Program-made: the position numbers and the translations under genes
The notes under the pieces: generated by a model
What the model saw: the letters and a program-made list of their open reading frames with translations, nothing else
Database searches by the model: none
What the model was told of the DNA's origin: nothing
Shown: positions 11,250-22,560 of the stretch, in pieces
Numbering within the stretch: the stretch's first letter is position 1
Layout: every line of letters begins with the position of its first letter
Assembly: GCA_018648645.1 (NCBI GenBank)
Contig: JABGQS010000004.1
Coordinates: 8,976-72,975 of the forward strand
Origin: Clostridia bacterium
Lineage (GTDB): Bacteria; Bacillota; Clostridia; Christensenellales; SZUA-584
Length of the DNA stretch: 64,000 nucleotides
Reading direction: 5' to 3'

Positions 11250-12374
11250 TCACATTTTTTTCATAAATTCTGAGATTAGTGTGTTTTGAAGGTCAAAACC
11301 CTTTATTGTAGGGTGAACTGAGCTGTCTGTTATTGTTATAAGACCTGCGTCCTTCGCAAAAGTGATTGCGTCGGCATATTCGTTTTGAAAACTCGTGTTG
11401 AATTTATTATAGAAATCGTCAAAAACAATACCTTCCACTAGTCGCAGGTGCAGCATTATGTAATCTTCGAGCATGTCGGCATTACTAAGGGTAATCGTAT
11501 TTACTGTTGGCTTCTCACCGTTTGAGAGCATCTGTATGTATTGCATAAGGTTATCTGTGTTATTGGTTCTTGTATTCCCGTCATAATATGAATGAGCGGC
11601 AACTCCCAATCCAAGGTACTCCTCCCCTGTCCAATACTTCATGTTATGTTTGCACTCAAAGCCTTGCTGAGAAAAGTTGGATGTTTCGTAGTGAAAGTAC
11701 CCTGTATCCGACAACATTTCTATTGCCGTGTGATACATCTCTCGGTCAGTTTCGTCATCAATGCCATAAAACGAGCTATATAGATTTGTCCCTTGCTCCA
11801 ACTTTAGCGAATATGACGATATGTGCGTCGGTGAAAGCTCAATAAGCTGTCGTAACGTTTCACGAAAGCTTTCTAATGTTTGATTGGGCAGTCCAAATAT
11901 GGTGTCAACGTTTATGTTGTCAAAGTGATTTGCTGCGAGTTTGTATGCTGTGAGAAAGTTTTGATATGTGTGACCTCGTCCTATGGCACGAAGGATATCG
12001 TTGTCGTGGCACTGAAGACCGATGCTTAGCCGGTTGATGCCTGCGTTTGCATATGCGGCGAGTTTTGTATCGGTAATAGTCTCCGGGTTGGACTCAATAG
12101 TGAATTCTGTTGGGTTGAAGTTAGGTAAGGATTGCAGACCGCAGACCAAGCGCTCGATTTGTGATGGAGAGAGCAGCGATGGTGTTCCGCCACCGATAAA
12201 AACTGTGTCGATTCTGCGCGAGCTAAAAAACGCGTCATTGAGCTTTGCTTCTGTCAATAAGGCGTCTATATATTCATCTATCGAGTTTTCCATGTTTGGG
12301 TATGACACAAAGTCGCAATAGTGACACTTGCGCAGGCAAAACGGTATGTGAACGTAAAGCCCCGGCATACTCAT
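11250..12374 (-). CDS. hemW: Radical SAM heme chaperone HemW (HemN-like)
   Basis: YVHIPFCxxxCxYC, GGGTPS and the HNxxYW motif; lies between lepA and hrcA. Confidence 0.92.
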   Translation of the reverse strand: MSMPGLYVHIPFCLRKCHYCDFVSYPNMENSIDEYIDALLTEAKLNDAFFSSRRIDTVFIGGGTPSLLSPSQIERLVCGLQSLPNFNPTEFTIESNPETITDTKLAAYANAGINRLSIGLQCHDNDILRAIGRGHTYQNFLTAYKLAANHFDNINVDTIFGLPNQTLESFRETLRQLIELSPTHISSYSLKLEQGTNLYSSFYGIDDETDREMYHTAIEMLSDTGYFHYETSNFSQQGFECKHNMKYWTGEEYLGLGVAAHSYYDGNTRTNNTDNLMQYIQMLSNGEKPTVNTITLSNADMLEDYIMLHLRLVEGIVFDDFYNKFNTSFQNEYADAITFAKDAGLITITDSSVHPTIKGFDLQNTLISEFMKKM

Positions 12375-14167
12375 CAGTCCATCTTGAGCACGGACATGAA
12401 CGCTTCGGATGGTACAGCAACGCTACCGACTTGACGCATACGTTTTTTGCCCTTTTTCTGCTTTTCGAGCAGCTTTTTTTTGCGCGTGATATCGCCGCCG
12501 TAGCATTTGCTGAGCACGTCTTTACGCATCGCCTTGACAGTTTCTCGCGCGATAATTTTACCGCCGATGGCAGCCTGTATTGGTATCTCGAACATCTGCT
12601 TTGGAATCGCGGTCTTTAGCTTTTCTGCGATGCTTCTGCCCCGCGCGTATGCTCTGTCCTCGTGAACTATGATGGAAAGTGCGTCGCACATATCGCTGTT
12701 AAGCAGTATGTCGAGCCGTACTAAATTGCTTTTCTGGTAGCCTTTCATGTCGTAATCAAGAGAAGCATATCCACGTGTGCGTGATTTTAAAGTGTCGAAA
12801 AAATCGTAGATAATCTCGTTTAGCGGCATAATGTAGTGAATGAGCACGCGCGTTTCCTCGATGTATTCCATGTTTTTAAACGTGCCGCGCTTTTCTTGGC
12901 AAAGGTCCATAACTGCGCCCACGTACTCATCTGGCGTCATTATCGTCGTTTCAACAATGGGCTCTTCCATGTAATCGATCGAAGTGACAGGAGGAAGATT
13001 TGTCGGGTTTTCGACAACGAGCTTCTCGCCTTTTACCGTCGTCACATGATAGCTTACGCTTGGTGCAGTGGTGATTAAATCTAGGTCGTATTCACGCTCT
13101 ACGCGCTCTTGAATAATCTCCATGTGCAAAAGTCCGAGGAACCCGCAGCGGAATCCAAAGCCAAGCGCGATGGAAGATTCGGGCTCGTATATCAGTGAAG
13201 CGTCGTTAAGCTCGAGCTTAGCAAGTGCGTCACGCAAGTCCTCGTAGTCTGCGCCGTCTGCCGGATATATGCCGCAAAAAACCATTGGTGTGACATCTTT
13301 GTAGCCTGGAAGCGGCTCTGTCGCTCCGTGCTCTGCGCTTGTGATGGTGTCACCAACTCTAGTGTCCGAAACGTTTTTGATGCTGGCTGCAATATAGCCG
13401 ACTTCGCCTGCTGACAGTGATTTAACCGGCAGCTGTGAAGGCAGAAAAACGCCGACTTCAGTAACTTCGAATTGATGATTTGTCGCCATGAACGATATCA
13501 TGTCGCCTTGCTTCACGCTGCCTTGCACGACGCGAACATAGCTGATTGCGCCTTTATAGTTGTCGTAATAAGAGTCGAAAATCAGCGCTTTTAGGGTGTC
13601 GTCCTCAGTCTCTTTTGGTGGAGGAAGATGCTTGATTACAGCTTGAAGTACGTCTTCAATCCCTATGCCTTCCTTTGCGCTTATTCGCGGTGCTTCTGAT
13701 GTGTCCAGCCCGAGTACATCTTCTATCTCTTGGCATATTTCGTCCGGTCTTGCCGAGTTTAAGTCAATTTTGTTGATAACGGGTATAATTTCAAGATCGT
13801 TGTCCATTGCGAGATACACGTTGGCGAGCGTTTGCGCTTCTATGCCTTGACTTGCGTCTACGACGAGAATTGCGCCTTCGCACGCTGCCATGCTGCGTGA
13901 AACTTCGTATGTAAAATCGACGTGCCCGGGTGTGTCTATAAGATTGAGCGTGTATTCCTCGCCCTCGTACTCGTAGATCATGCGAACTGCCTGCGATTTT
14001 ATAGTTATACCGCGCTCTTGCTCGAGTTCCATCGTGTCTAGTATCTGCTCGTGCATGTCACGCTGCGACACCGTATTTGTTGCTTCGATCATGCGGTCGG
14101 CCAGCGTGGATTTACCGTGGTCTATGTGCGCAATAATACAAAAGTTTCTGAATCTGCTTGATCCCAT
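12374..14167 (-). CDS. lepA: Elongation factor 4
   Basis: [30 protein letters not shown] and [14 protein letters not shown]. Confidence 0.99.
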   Translation of the reverse strand: MGSSRFRNFCIIAHIDHGKSTLADRMIEATNTVSQRDMHEQILDTMELEQERGITIKSQAVRMIYEYEGEEYTLNLIDTPGHVDFTYEVSRSMAACEGAILVVDASQGIEAQTLANVYLAMDNDLEIIPVINKIDLNSARPDEICQEIEDVLGLDTSEAPRISAKEGIGIEDVLQAVIKHLPPPKETEDDTLKALIFDSYYDNYKGAISYVRVVQGSVKQGDMISFMATNHQFEVTEVGVFLPSQLPVKSLSAGEVGYIAASIKNVSDTRVGDTITSAEHGATEPLPGYKDVTPMVFCGIYPADGADYEDLRDALAKLELNDASLIYEPESSIALGFGFRCGFLGLLHMEIIQERVEREYDLDLITTAPSVSYHVTTVKGEKLVVENPTNLPPVTSIDYMEEPIVETTIMTPDEYVGAVMDLCQEKRGTFKNMEYIEETRVLIHYIMPLNEIIYDFFDTLKSRTRGYASLDYDMKGYQKSNLVRLDILLNSDMCDALSIIVHEDRAYARGRSIAEKLKTAIPKQMFEIPIQAAIGGKIIARETVKAMRKDVLSKCYGGDITRKKKLLEKQKKGKKRMRQVGSVAVPSEAFMSVLKMD

Positions 14168-14319
14168 CAGTTGGTTTCCTCCGAATATGCAATTAAATCA
14201 ATTGCATCTGCTAATTTTGTCTAGCACTATCATATATAAAACAGTTTGAAAAAGCAATCAGTTCTTTTTTTACGTATGTAAATCGTGTATGATAATAGTA
14301 TCAATATCAGGAGGCAAGT

Positions 14320-14934
14320 ATGGACGATATAGTTAAAGCAGTTGAAGTATTTAATAAAAAGGGATACAAAGCGATTTGCGTTGATAATGCAGCGCCGGCT
14401 TTGAAACATGTTTTGAATGTGATTAGCGCGGATGATACCGTTGGCATGGGCGGAAGCGTTACTCTTGACCAGATAGGGATAGTTAAAGCGCTGCTTGAGC
14501 GCGGCAACACAATATACAGCAGCGCGGTTGCGCGAAAACTCGGCAATGACCCGGACGAAGCGCGGTTGCTCGCCATGGGTGCTGATGTGTTTCTCAGCTC
14601 GTCAAATGCAGTGACGCTTGAGGGCGATCTGATTAATATAGATGCAATCGGTAACCGCGTGGCCGGAATGTTCTATGGTCCGAAGAAGGTCGTGATTGTT
14701 GCCGGACGGAATAAGATTACGACCAATCCGCATACGGCTGTGCTCCGTATCAAGAAGTTCGCGAGTCCTCAAAACACAAAAAGGCTTGGGCTTGATACGC
14801 CATGCGCAAAGACAGGCAAGTGCACAGATTGCGACAGTCCGCAGCGCATATGCAACGTTGTGACGCGAATACAGTATCCGCCTTGGGGCAAGGAAATTCA
14901 TGTTGTGTTGATTGATGAAGACTATGGGTTCTAG
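14320..14934 (+). CDS. LUD-domain (lactate utilization family) protein with Cys-rich C-terminus
   Basis: GMGGSVTL, SSNAVTLEGDLINIDAIGNRVA, AGRNKI and TPCAKTGKCTDCDSPQRIC; GGAGG RBS. Confidence 0.8.
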   Translation: MDDIVKAVEVFNKKGYKAICVDNAAPALKHVLNVISADDTVGMGGSVTLDQIGIVKALLERGNTIYSSAVARKLGNDPDEARLLAMGADVFLSSSNAVTLEGDLINIDAIGNRVAGMFYGPKKVVIVAGRNKITTNPHTAVLRIKKFASPQNTKRLGLDTPCAKTGKCTDCDSPQRICNVVTRIQYPPWGKEIHVVLIDEDYGF

Positions 14935-15000
14935 TAAAATTAGTTATTAAGGATTACTTTTCAAAATGATACAGTTAGTACAATAATCCTGCTAAGCGAA

Positions 15001-15906
15001 TTATTGAAGGTTCGCTGCGTCGATATCCTTTTGGATTTGCTCTGATAGCTGCATTGTACTGTCAAAGCGTATTTCGTCACGAATGCGCCTTTTGAAAGAG
15101 ACAAAGATTACTTCATTGTAAATATCCCTGTCAAAATCAAGTATGTGTGCTTCAATCGTTCTATGTGCATGCTTTTCGATTGTTGGGTTGACACCAACAC
15201 TGCAAACGCCGCGCAGCTTTTCTTCCCCAACTAATACGTCTACGCTGTATACGCCGTTTTTCGGCACAATTTTTTCTTTTGCTACGCTGATATTGGCTGT
15301 CGGAAAACCGAGCGTTCTGCCTATACCTTTGCCATGAACAACCGTGCCACTCATGCTGTAATTGTAGCCAAGCAAATTGTTTGCAGTTTCTATCTGCCCA
15401 TCCCATAAGCATTCCCGTATTTTTGTCGAGCTTACGGGGATTTCATTAACCAAAACTTCCGGAATAACTTCTACATTGTACCCAAGAAGCGCACCGTCAA
15501 CACGGAGCATTTCGGCTGTACCCTCTGCGTGATGGCCGTATGTGTAATTGTAACCCGCGATTACATTAACTGGTGAGAAATAATCTACAAGCAGCTTTTC
15601 GAAATCCAGCTTGCCCATGCCTGCAAATGATTTGTCAAAATGCGTAACGCAGAGATAGTCGATGTCAGTTCGCTCGAACGCTGCGATTTTCTCTTGCATT
15701 GTGAAGAGCTGCATTGGTTTGTGATGGGAGCGAAAAAGGTCAACCGGCAGAGCATCAAAAGTAAACGCTACTGTATCGCCGCAATGCTTCTTTGCCGCGT
15801 CAATCAGCGCTATGTGACCAGCATGCAGCCCGTCGAAGGTCCCAAGAGCCACGCTCGCTCGGTCGAATTCTATTACTTTCGCCTGCTCAAGTGTGATAGT
15901 TATCAT
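15001..15906 (-). CDS. ribF: Bifunctional riboflavin kinase/FAD synthetase
   Basis: GTFDGLHAGH, SSTKIRE and GRTLGFPTAN. Confidence 0.96.
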   Translation of the reverse strand: MITITLEQAKVIEFDRASVALGTFDGLHAGHIALIDAAKKHCGDTVAFTFDALPVDLFRSHHKPMQLFTMQEKIAAFERTDIDYLCVTHFDKSFAGMGKLDFEKLLVDYFSPVNVIAGYNYTYGHHAEGTAEMLRVDGALLGYNVEVIPEVLVNEIPVSSTKIRECLWDGQIETANNLLGYNYSMSGTVVHGKGIGRTLGFPTANISVAKEKIVPKNGVYSVDVLVGEEKLRGVCSVGVNPTIEKHAHRTIEAHILDFDRDIYNEVIFVSFKRRIRDEIRFDSTMQLSEQIQKDIDAANLQ

Positions 15907-15908
15907 GT

Positions 15909-16763
15909 TTATTCATCCACCAAACGTGTTGATATTTTTAACTGTTCGTCTGTAATGCTGCCCAGACCCATCAGCTCGTCCCCCGCGTATATAACGAGCG
16001 TTTGCGAGTTTGCACCTTCGAAAGGTACTCTGCCGCCATGAAATAATGCGGTTCTGTGTTGCTGATCGGCAGTAACTGATGGCAAATCTTTTAGAAAGTG
16101 TTCCATCGGGTGCAAAATTTCGTTTCTGTTCTCAATTGCCTTAATCTCGTCTGCTGTTACGCTGTCGTTGATATTAAGCCCGGCGCATTTTGATCTTGCC
16201 AAAAAAGACATGTATGCAACTGTATCAAGGCGCTTCGCGATGTCTTCGCACAGCGTGCGTATATAAGTGCCTTTGCCGCAAACGATACGTAATAAATGCG
16301 AATTATCGCTTGTTTGGTTAAGATATTCGATGTCTAGTATCTCAACTTGTCGTAACTTTGGAGCAACCTCGATGCCTTTGCGCGCAAGTTCGTATAGCTT
16401 TCTGCCGTTGTGCTTTACCGCAGAATATGCAGGAGTCTGTTGAGTAACGTTGCCGATAAACTCGCTCAGAACACTCTCAATTTGCTTTGGGATAATGTCG
16501 CAGGTTTCGGTAACTTCGCCATAGCTGTCACCTGTATCGGTCTTTATACCGAAAGTCAGCTCTGCGATGTACTCTTTCTCATGACCCATCATGTACGAGG
16601 ATATTCTTGTTGCCTTGCCTACACAAATCGGCAGCACACCACAAGCACCCGGATCGAGCGTACCTGCGTGACCGGTTTTGCAGCCCAGCAATCCTCTTAA
16701 AAACACGACCGCACCGTTTGAAGACATGCCGGGCGGTTTTAGGAAGTTAATAATTCCGTTCAT
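15909..16763 (-). CDS. truB: tRNA pseudouridine(55) synthase
   Basis: GHAGTLDP, YSAVKHNGRKLYELAR and KGTYIRTL. Confidence 0.97.
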   Translation of the reverse strand: MNGIINFLKPPGMSSNGAVVFLRGLLGCKTGHAGTLDPGACGVLPICVGKATRISSYMMGHEKEYIAELTFGIKTDTGDSYGEVTETCDIIPKQIESVLSEFIGNVTQQTPAYSAVKHNGRKLYELARKGIEVAPKLRQVEILDIEYLNQTSDNSHLLRIVCGKGTYIRTLCEDIAKRLDTVAYMSFLARSKCAGLNINDSVTADEIKAIENRNEILHPMEHFLKDLPSVTADQQHRTALFHGGRVPFEGANSQTLVIYAGDELMGLGSITDEQLKISTRLVDE

Positions 16764-16766
16764 CCG

Positions 16767-17720
16767 CTATACAATCTCCATCAAGCTACCCAGTAACTTT
16801 TTCTTAGCATCGTCCATTTTACCGCTAATGCAGCACCCGGCAGCGTTTTTATGACCGCCTCCGCCAAAGAGCTGCGCAATCGCACAAACGTCCACTTCGT
16901 CCTTTGAACGCATGCTGATTTTGACGCCGTGTGGTATTTCTCTAAAAAAAACAGCGACTTTCGTTTGCTCTATCTCGCGCGCGTAGTCCACAATATTCTC
17001 GCAGTCTGCGCTTGTTGCACCAATCTGCTTCAAATCGCTTTGCGTTATTGTAAGTGACGCAATTTTGCCGTCGTTATATAGCTCTAGCGTGGAAATTGCG
17101 CGACCTATCAGTTTAGTGGACGCTAGCGAGCGTCTTCTAAACAAAATGTCGGCAACCGCCCTTATGTCGATATGCTCGACAAGAGATGAAACATATGTTA
17201 AGCAATTCTTATTGGTGTTAGAGTACGTGAAATTGCCGGTGTCGGTCGAAATTGCGATATATAAATATAATGCAACGGCTTTGCCAATCTGCGCTTTCAT
17301 GATGTCTATCAATTCGAAAATAATCTCGCCGACAGAGGACGCTTCTTTTATGTAATTTGTCTTTGCAAATTTGTCGTTTGTGATGTGGTGGTCTATGTTA
17401 ATTGTCTTTACGCTCTTCTTAAAAACCTTCACCGATTTGCCAAGCCGAGCCTTGTCGGCGCAATCGAGCGCAATCGCAGTGTCGTAACTTTTTGTAACCG
17501 CATTAGGAGTTTTGATAATGTCGTTTGGGAAGAGTTCTACGTATTTGGCAGGTACTAAACCGTCGCAGCAAATGTCAGCGTTTTTGCCCATTGAGCAAAG
17601 CGCCTCGTGAAGCGCAAAACAAGAGCCCAGCGTGTCTCCGTCCGGCTGAGTGTGTGCAATGATCAGAATACTATCTGCGCTAAGAAGTGCGTTTTTAATA
17701 TCAACCAAACCTTGCGACAT
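16767..17720 (-). CDS. nrnA: DHH/DHHA1 oligoribonuclease / PAP phosphatase
   Basis: HTQPDGD, IDHH, TDTGNF and GGGGHKNAAG. Confidence 0.9.
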   Translation of the reverse strand: MSQGLVDIKNALLSADSILIIAHTQPDGDTLGSCFALHEALCSMGKNADICCDGLVPAKYVELFPNDIIKTPNAVTKSYDTAIALDCADKARLGKSVKVFKKSVKTINIDHHITNDKFAKTNYIKEASSVGEIIFELIDIMKAQIGKAVALYLYIAISTDTGNFTYSNTNKNCLTYVSSLVEHIDIRAVADILFRRRSLASTKLIGRAISTLELYNDGKIASLTITQSDLKQIGATSADCENIVDYAREIEQTKVAVFFREIPHGVKISMRSKDEVDVCAIAQLFGGGGHKNAAGCCISGKMDDAKKKLLGSLMEIV

Positions 17721-17724
17721 TGCA

Positions 17725-18063
17725 TTACACTTTCTTTAGTATTTCAGAAATCTTGTTGCTGTATTCGATAGAGCCGTCTAGAATGAACTTGATTTGAGGC
17801 AGTCTCCTTATACGAATTCGTCTGCCTATCTCATTCTTTATGAAGTGCTCTGCGTGTGTCAGCGTTTCGATTGTCGACTTCTTTTTCTTTTCCGTATCGT
17901 ACACGCTGATATATGCTTTTGCGTACTTTAAGTCCTTTGACAAATCCACGTGAGTAACGCTAGCCATCTCTGACACTCTTGGATCGTCAATCTCCAAACG
18001 AATGATTTCTGAAAGAGCTCGTTTGAACTCCGTTGTTATTCCTGATAATCTGTCTTTAGCCAC
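17725..18063 (-). CDS. rbfA: 30S ribosome-binding factor A
   Basis: VTHVDLSKDLKYAK and RRLPQIKF; follows infB. Confidence 0.93.
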   Translation of the reverse strand: MAKDRLSGITTEFKRALSEIIRLEIDDPRVSEMASVTHVDLSKDLKYAKAYISVYDTEKKKKSTIETLTHAEHFIKNEIGRRIRIRRLPQIKFILDGSIEYSNKISEILKKV

Positions 18064-20666
18064 TATCTTTTAATCTCCTGCATCTCGAAGGCTTCGATTA
18101 CGTCGCCCACTTTGATATCGTTATAGTTCTTTATTGTTATGCCGCACTCAAATCCTTGTTTCACTTCTTTTGCGTCGTCCTTGAAGCGTTTTAGAGAAGC
18201 CAGGACGCCTTCGTGCACAACGATGTTGTCGCGCAGCAAACGCACTGAAGATGTTTTGGTGATTTTACCGTCACCTACATAACTGCCGGCAATCGTGCCG
18301 ATGCTTGAAACGTTGAAAGTTTCTCGTACAGTAGCGTGACCAATAACAGCTTCCTTGAACTCAGGTGCGAGCATACCCTTCATTGCGAGCTCTATGTCTT
18401 CAATCGCTTTGTATATGATGCGGTACATGCGAATTTCAACTTTTTCTTTCTCTGCTTCTACACGCGCGATGCTGTCCGGGCGCACGTTGAAACCGATAAT
18501 AATCGCGTTTGAAGCAGCTGCGAGCATAACGTCCATCGCTTTAATTGCGCCAACACCTGCGTGAATAACTTTTACTTTTACCTCTTTGTTCTGCAGTTTC
18601 TCGAGCGCTTGACGCACTGCTTCTACAGAGCCTTGCACATCGGCTTTAATAACGATGTTGAGGTCTTTGAGTTTTCCTTCTTCGACCTGACCAAACAAAT
18701 CTTCAAGCGAAACTTTTGATAAGTTTTTGAGCATGCTGGCTTTTTGCTTATCCTTGCGCTCTTCTGCAACCTGCCTAGTCAGTTTATCCTGCTCTACCGC
18801 GTGCATCACGTCGCCGGCTATAGGAACTTCTGAAAAACCAACAACTTCTACAGGCTGAGAAGGGCCCGCTTCTTGAACAGGCTTGCCCGTGTCGTCAACC
18901 ATTGCGCGAACTTTACCGAAAGCGACGCCTGCAACTATCATGTCAGCTACTCGAAGTGTGCCGTTTTCAACAAGCACGGTAGCGACAGGACCTCTGCCCT
19001 TATCCAACTTCGCTTCAACAATAGTACCTTTGGCAAGTTTCGCCGGGTTCGCTTTAAGCTCTTGAACCTCTGATACGAGTATAATCATTTCGAGCAGCGT
19101 ATCGAGCCCCTCTTTTGTCATCGCGGAAACAGGAACCATAACGGTGTCGCCGCCCCATTCCTCGGTTACCAGCTCGTGCTCGGTCAGTTCCTGCTTGATT
19201 TTTTCTACGTTTGCGTTCGGTTTGTCTATTTTGTTTATTGCGACGATAATCGGCACCTTTGCCGCTTTTGCGTGATTGATTGCTTCGACAGTCTGCGGCA
19301 TAACGCCGTCGTCTGCAGCGACAACCAGTATCGCAATATCCGTTACTTGAGCGCCTCGTGCACGCATCGCTGTAAACGCTTCGTGACCCGGAGTATCTAG
19401 GAACGTGATGCTGTTGCCTGAATAGTCAATCGTATATGCTCCTATGTGCTGTGTGATGCCCCCCGCCTCGTGGTCTGCTACTTTTGTTTCTCTTATTGCG
19501 TCAAGAAGCGATGTTTTACCGTGATCTACGTGACCCATTATAGTAACGATTGGCGGACGGTCCTGCAAGTCCTTGTCGTCCTCTTCGAGATGACCTTCGT
19601 CCAGAGCGTCCTCTGCGGTTTTGTCGAGTTTGAGCTCGAGCGTGATGTCAAACTCGCTGCAAATCAACTGCGCTGTATCAAAATCGAGCTCAGAGTTGAT
19701 TGTGCACATCATGTTTAGCAGCATCAACTTTTTAAGCAATGCCGCAACGGGTTTACCAGTTTTCTCGGCGAGAACTTTGACAGAAATGTATTCTGTGGTC
19801 ATAACCGCTTTGTCGATTACGATGGGCACGATTGGTACAACTTCGACCTTTTTCGTGCGCTTCCTGCGTCTATATCTATCGTCGCCTTCGAAAACACCTT
19901 TTTCTTTGATTTTCCTGCCGCGACCGGATCTGTCATCCCTACCATAATTGTTGTACTTCTTGTTGTAAGGTTTTTTGTTGTCAACATGTACAAAACCGGA
20001 AGTACCGCTGCCCGGTTTCTTTGTCTGACCTTGCGGTTTTGTCTGACCTTGCGGTCTTGACTGACCTTGTGGTCTTGACTGACCTTGTGGTCTTGACTGA
20101 CCCTGCGGCCTTTGTGTACTGCCGGTGGTCTGACCTTGCGGTCTCTGCTGTCCGTGCGGCTTTTGGAATCCTGCAGATTGCGCAGTCGTTTTCGGTTTTA
20201 AGACTGGCTTGGGTGCTTCGGCCCTTACCTCAGCTTTTAGCGCTTCCTTTGGTGTTTGTGCTGCCGGTATCTCAACAGCTTTTTCTTTATTAATCTGCGC
20301 CGCAGGTTTTTCTTCTACTACTTTTACTGCGCTTTCCTTTCCTGCTTTAGCTTTAGCTTTTTCAGTTTTCTTTGCTTCCGCTTTATCCAATTTGTCCTGG
20401 GCAGCTTTATCCTTCTTTGCTTGTGCAAGCTCTGCTTTCTCTTGCTCGGCGGCAAGCTGAGCCTGCTCTGCCAGAGCTTCACGCTCCGCTGCCAGCTTCT
20501 TTTCTTCTGCCTCGGCTCGTGCAATTTGCATCAAGTCGGCTTCTATACGTTTGAGTGTAGCAAGATGACCCTGCACACTTTGCTGCAGCGTCTCCATCTT
20601 TTCAACGGTCTCTTTGCTTGCACTTTTTAATTGCTTGTTAAGATCTATAATCTTTATTTTGCTCAT
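18063..20666 (-). CDS. infB: Translation initiation factor IF-2
   Basis: [28 protein letters not shown] and NKID. Confidence 0.99.
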   Translation of the reverse strand: MSKIKIIDLNKQLKSASKETVEKMETLQQSVQGHLATLKRIEADLMQIARAEAEEKKLAAEREALAEQAQLAAEQEKAELAQAKKDKAAQDKLDKAEAKKTEKAKAKAGKESAVKVVEEKPAAQINKEKAVEIPAAQTPKEALKAEVRAEAPKPVLKPKTTAQSAGFQKPHGQQRPQGQTTGSTQRPQGQSRPQGQSRPQGQSRPQGQTKPQGQTKKPGSGTSGFVHVDNKKPYNKKYNNYGRDDRSGRGRKIKEKGVFEGDDRYRRRKRTKKVEVVPIVPIVIDKAVMTTEYISVKVLAEKTGKPVAALLKKLMLLNMMCTINSELDFDTAQLICSEFDITLELKLDKTAEDALDEGHLEEDDKDLQDRPPIVTIMGHVDHGKTSLLDAIRETKVADHEAGGITQHIGAYTIDYSGNSITFLDTPGHEAFTAMRARGAQVTDIAILVVAADDGVMPQTVEAINHAKAAKVPIIVAINKIDKPNANVEKIKQELTEHELVTEEWGGDTVMVPVSAMTKEGLDTLLEMIILVSEVQELKANPAKLAKGTIVEAKLDKGRGPVATVLVENGTLRVADMIVAGVAFGKVRAMVDDTGKPVQEAGPSQPVEVVGFSEVPIAGDVMHAVEQDKLTRQVAEERKDKQKASMLKNLSKVSLEDLFGQVEEGKLKDLNIVIKADVQGSVEAVRQALEKLQNKEVKVKVIHAGVGAIKAMDVMLAAASNAIIIGFNVRPDSIARVEAEKEKVEIRMYRIIYKAIEDIELAMKGMLAPEFKEAVIGHATVRETFNVSSIGTIAGSYVGDGKITKTSSVRLLRDNIVVHEGVLASLKRFKDDAKEVKQGFECGITIKNYNDIKVGDVIEAFEMQEIKR
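20021..20147. repeat. 18-bp in-frame tandem repeat in infB (RPQGQS/T)
   Basis: About five adjacent copies of CTGACCTTGYGGTYTTGW starting at 20025, 20043, 20061, 20079 and 20097, plus one at 20130. Confidence 0.9.
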
Positions 20667-20980
20667 TACTTGCCACTCCCTTTAATACTATCCTCTTTAT
20701 TTATTATCGCATTTTTTAAACCAACGTCAGTAATTCCTATCACCATTATTCCCGGTCTGCCAATAGCTTCGCCGAGAGGCGCTTTCTCCATAATCAAGGC
20801 CACGTTGTTTCTTTCACACAGCAGTCTGAAATGCTTTTCGCTTCCCGCAGATATTCTATCCTGCAAAATCAGCAGTTTGACTTTACCATGCTTTATTCCT
20901 TTTTCGCATGCTGCCGTGCCGCAAAGCGCATTACCCGCTTTGAAAGCCAGACCGACATACGCCAGTTTATTTGATGTCAC
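20666..20980 (-). CDS. L7Ae/L30e-family RNA-binding protein (YlxQ-like)
   Basis: GLAFKAG, LGEAIG and GITDVGL; lies between ylxR and infB. Confidence 0.85.
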   Translation of the reverse strand: MTSNKLAYVGLAFKAGNALCGTAACEKGIKHGKVKLLILQDRISAGSEKHFRLLCERNNVALIMEKAPLGEAIGRPGIMVIGITDVGLKNAIINKEDSIKGSGK

Positions 20981-21239
20981 GCCGCAAAATCACCCTTTTT
21001 ATCGCGTTGTACGCACTCTCGCTCATCGGTGTGCTAAGCTGTCTGTCAAACGCCTTTATCTTTTTAGCCTTATCGAGACACTCAACTGTCGGACATAAAT
21101 ACGCGCCTCTACCCTGCGCTTTGCCGCTCTCGTCAGCAATGAGCTCATTGTCGCTCGCTACAACACGCACGAGTTCTTTTTTAGGTTGTCCCTGCCTGCA
21201 CGCAATGCACATGCGCCGGGGTATCTTTTTCGTTTTCAA
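20967..21239 (-). CDS. ylxR: YlxR/RnpM family RNA-binding protein
   Basis: PRRMCIACR, KKELVRVV and GRGAYLC. Confidence 0.92.
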   Translation of the reverse strand: MKTKKIPRRMCIACRQGQPKKELVRVVASDNELIADESGKAQGRGAYLCPTVECLDKAKKIKAFDRQLSTPMSESAYNAIKRVILRRDIK

Positions 21240-21248
21240 GAAAATCGC

Positions 21249-22544
21249 CTACTTTTCCTCTTCTGTTTCTTCGACACCGGTATCCTCTGGCTCGGTAGTA
21301 TCTTTTGACTCGGCAGTATCTTCAGACTCGGCAGTATCTTCAACATCTTCCTGCGTCTGCTCATTCTCATCGGCAGGAATCTCTACATCCTGCTCCAACG
21401 CTTCATCATCTTGTACTTCATTATCGAACTCACCGTTTTCATCGAACATTTCGTCATAATCGTCGCCTTCATCCGCATCAGACATATCATCTTGGTTGTC
21501 AAACAGCGTTTCCTCGATTTGTGTTTGGCTCTTTATGTCTATCTTCCAGCCGGTCAGCTTTGCTGCGAGACGTACGTTTTGTCCTTCTCTTCCGATTGCC
21601 AACGAAAGCTGATAATCGGGCACGACAACTTTCGCTGCCTTCTCGTCCTCGTTGATTTGCACCATCAACACTTTGGCCGGGCGAAGCGAGTTCGCAATAA
21701 ACTCTATCGGGTCGCTGCTCCAAGGTATAACGTCAATTTTTTCGTTGCCAAGCTCGGAGACGACTCTATCAATCCGCGAGCCCTTTTGCCCGACGCAAGA
21801 ACCTACAGGATCCACGTTCTCGTCCTCAGACCAAACCGCGATTTTTGTACGTGAGCCTGCTTCGCGCGCGATGCTCTTTATTTGAACAATGTTCTGCATA
21901 ATTTCCGGTACTTCAATTTCGAACAGGCGCTTTAACAGCCCCGGATGTGTTCTCGAAACGACTATCTGCGGTCCTTTGGTTGTTTTGCGTACTTCCATGA
22001 CGTAAACTTTAATGTGGTCGTTTACATGACAGCGTTCGCTTTGCACGCACTCTGACGCCGGCATAACGCCTTCTGCGCCGTCCAGTTCCAACAATATGCT
22101 GCCTTTGTCTACGCGATGAATGACCGCGTTCATGATCTCTCCCTCGCGCTCAATGAACTTTTCAAAAACAACGCCGCGCTCTGCTTCGCGCAGTCTGTGC
22201 ACTACAACCTGTTTGGCTGTCTGAGCCGCTATCCTGCCGAACGAGCCGGGTTCAACTTCCATCTCGACAATGTCTTCCTGCTCGTATGCGATGTTGATCT
22301 TTTGCGCATCAGCGAGCGAAATTTCTTGCCGCTCATCCTCTACGTCATCTACAACAACCTTTTTTACAAACACTTTAAAAGAGCCATCATCACCGTTCAT
22401 TTCTACGCGAACGTCTTGGCTCACATTGTAATTTTTTTTGTATGCTGAAACGAGAGCATTCTCTACTGCGTCCAGCAGTACGCTCTTTTCAATACCTTTT
22501 TCTTTTTCTAACGCACTTAGTGCACTGATAAACTCAGTGTTCAT
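21249..22544 (-). CDS. nusA: Transcription factor NusA with acidic tail
   Basis: FGRIAAQTAKQV, AREAGSRTKIAV and LAIGREGQNVRLA. Confidence 0.98.
   Translation of the reverse strand: MNTEFISALSALEKEKGIEKSVLLDAVENALVSAYKKNYNVSQDVRVEMNGDDGSFKVFVKKVVVDDVEDERQEISLADAQKINIAYEQEDIVEMEVEPGSFGRIAAQTAKQVVVHRLREAERGVVFEKFIEREGEIMNAVIHRVDKGSILLELDGAEGVMPASECVQSERCHVNDHIKVYVMEVRKTTKGPQIVVSRTHPGLLKRLFEIEVPEIMQNIVQIKSIAREAGSRTKIAVWSEDENVDPVGSCVGQKGSRIDRVVSELGNEKIDVIPWSSDPIEFIANSLRPAKVLMVQINEDEKAAKVVVPDYQLSLAIGREGQNVRLAAKLTGWKIDIKSQTQIEETLFDNQDDMSDADEGDDYDEMFDENGEFDNEVQDDEALEQDVEIPADENEQTQEDVEDTAESEDTAESKDTTEPEDTGVEETEEEK
21271..21342. repeat. 18-bp tandem repeat in the nusA tail (EDTAES)
   Basis: GACTCGGCAGTATCTTCA twice (21307, 21325) plus two degenerate copies upstream. 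Confidence 0.8.
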
Positions 22545-22560
22545 TTACGCACCTCCATTT

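Noticed and set aside
20021..20147. Possible CRISPR-like repeat array
   Set aside because: Units are contiguous with no spacers, in frame within infB, and no cas genes are present
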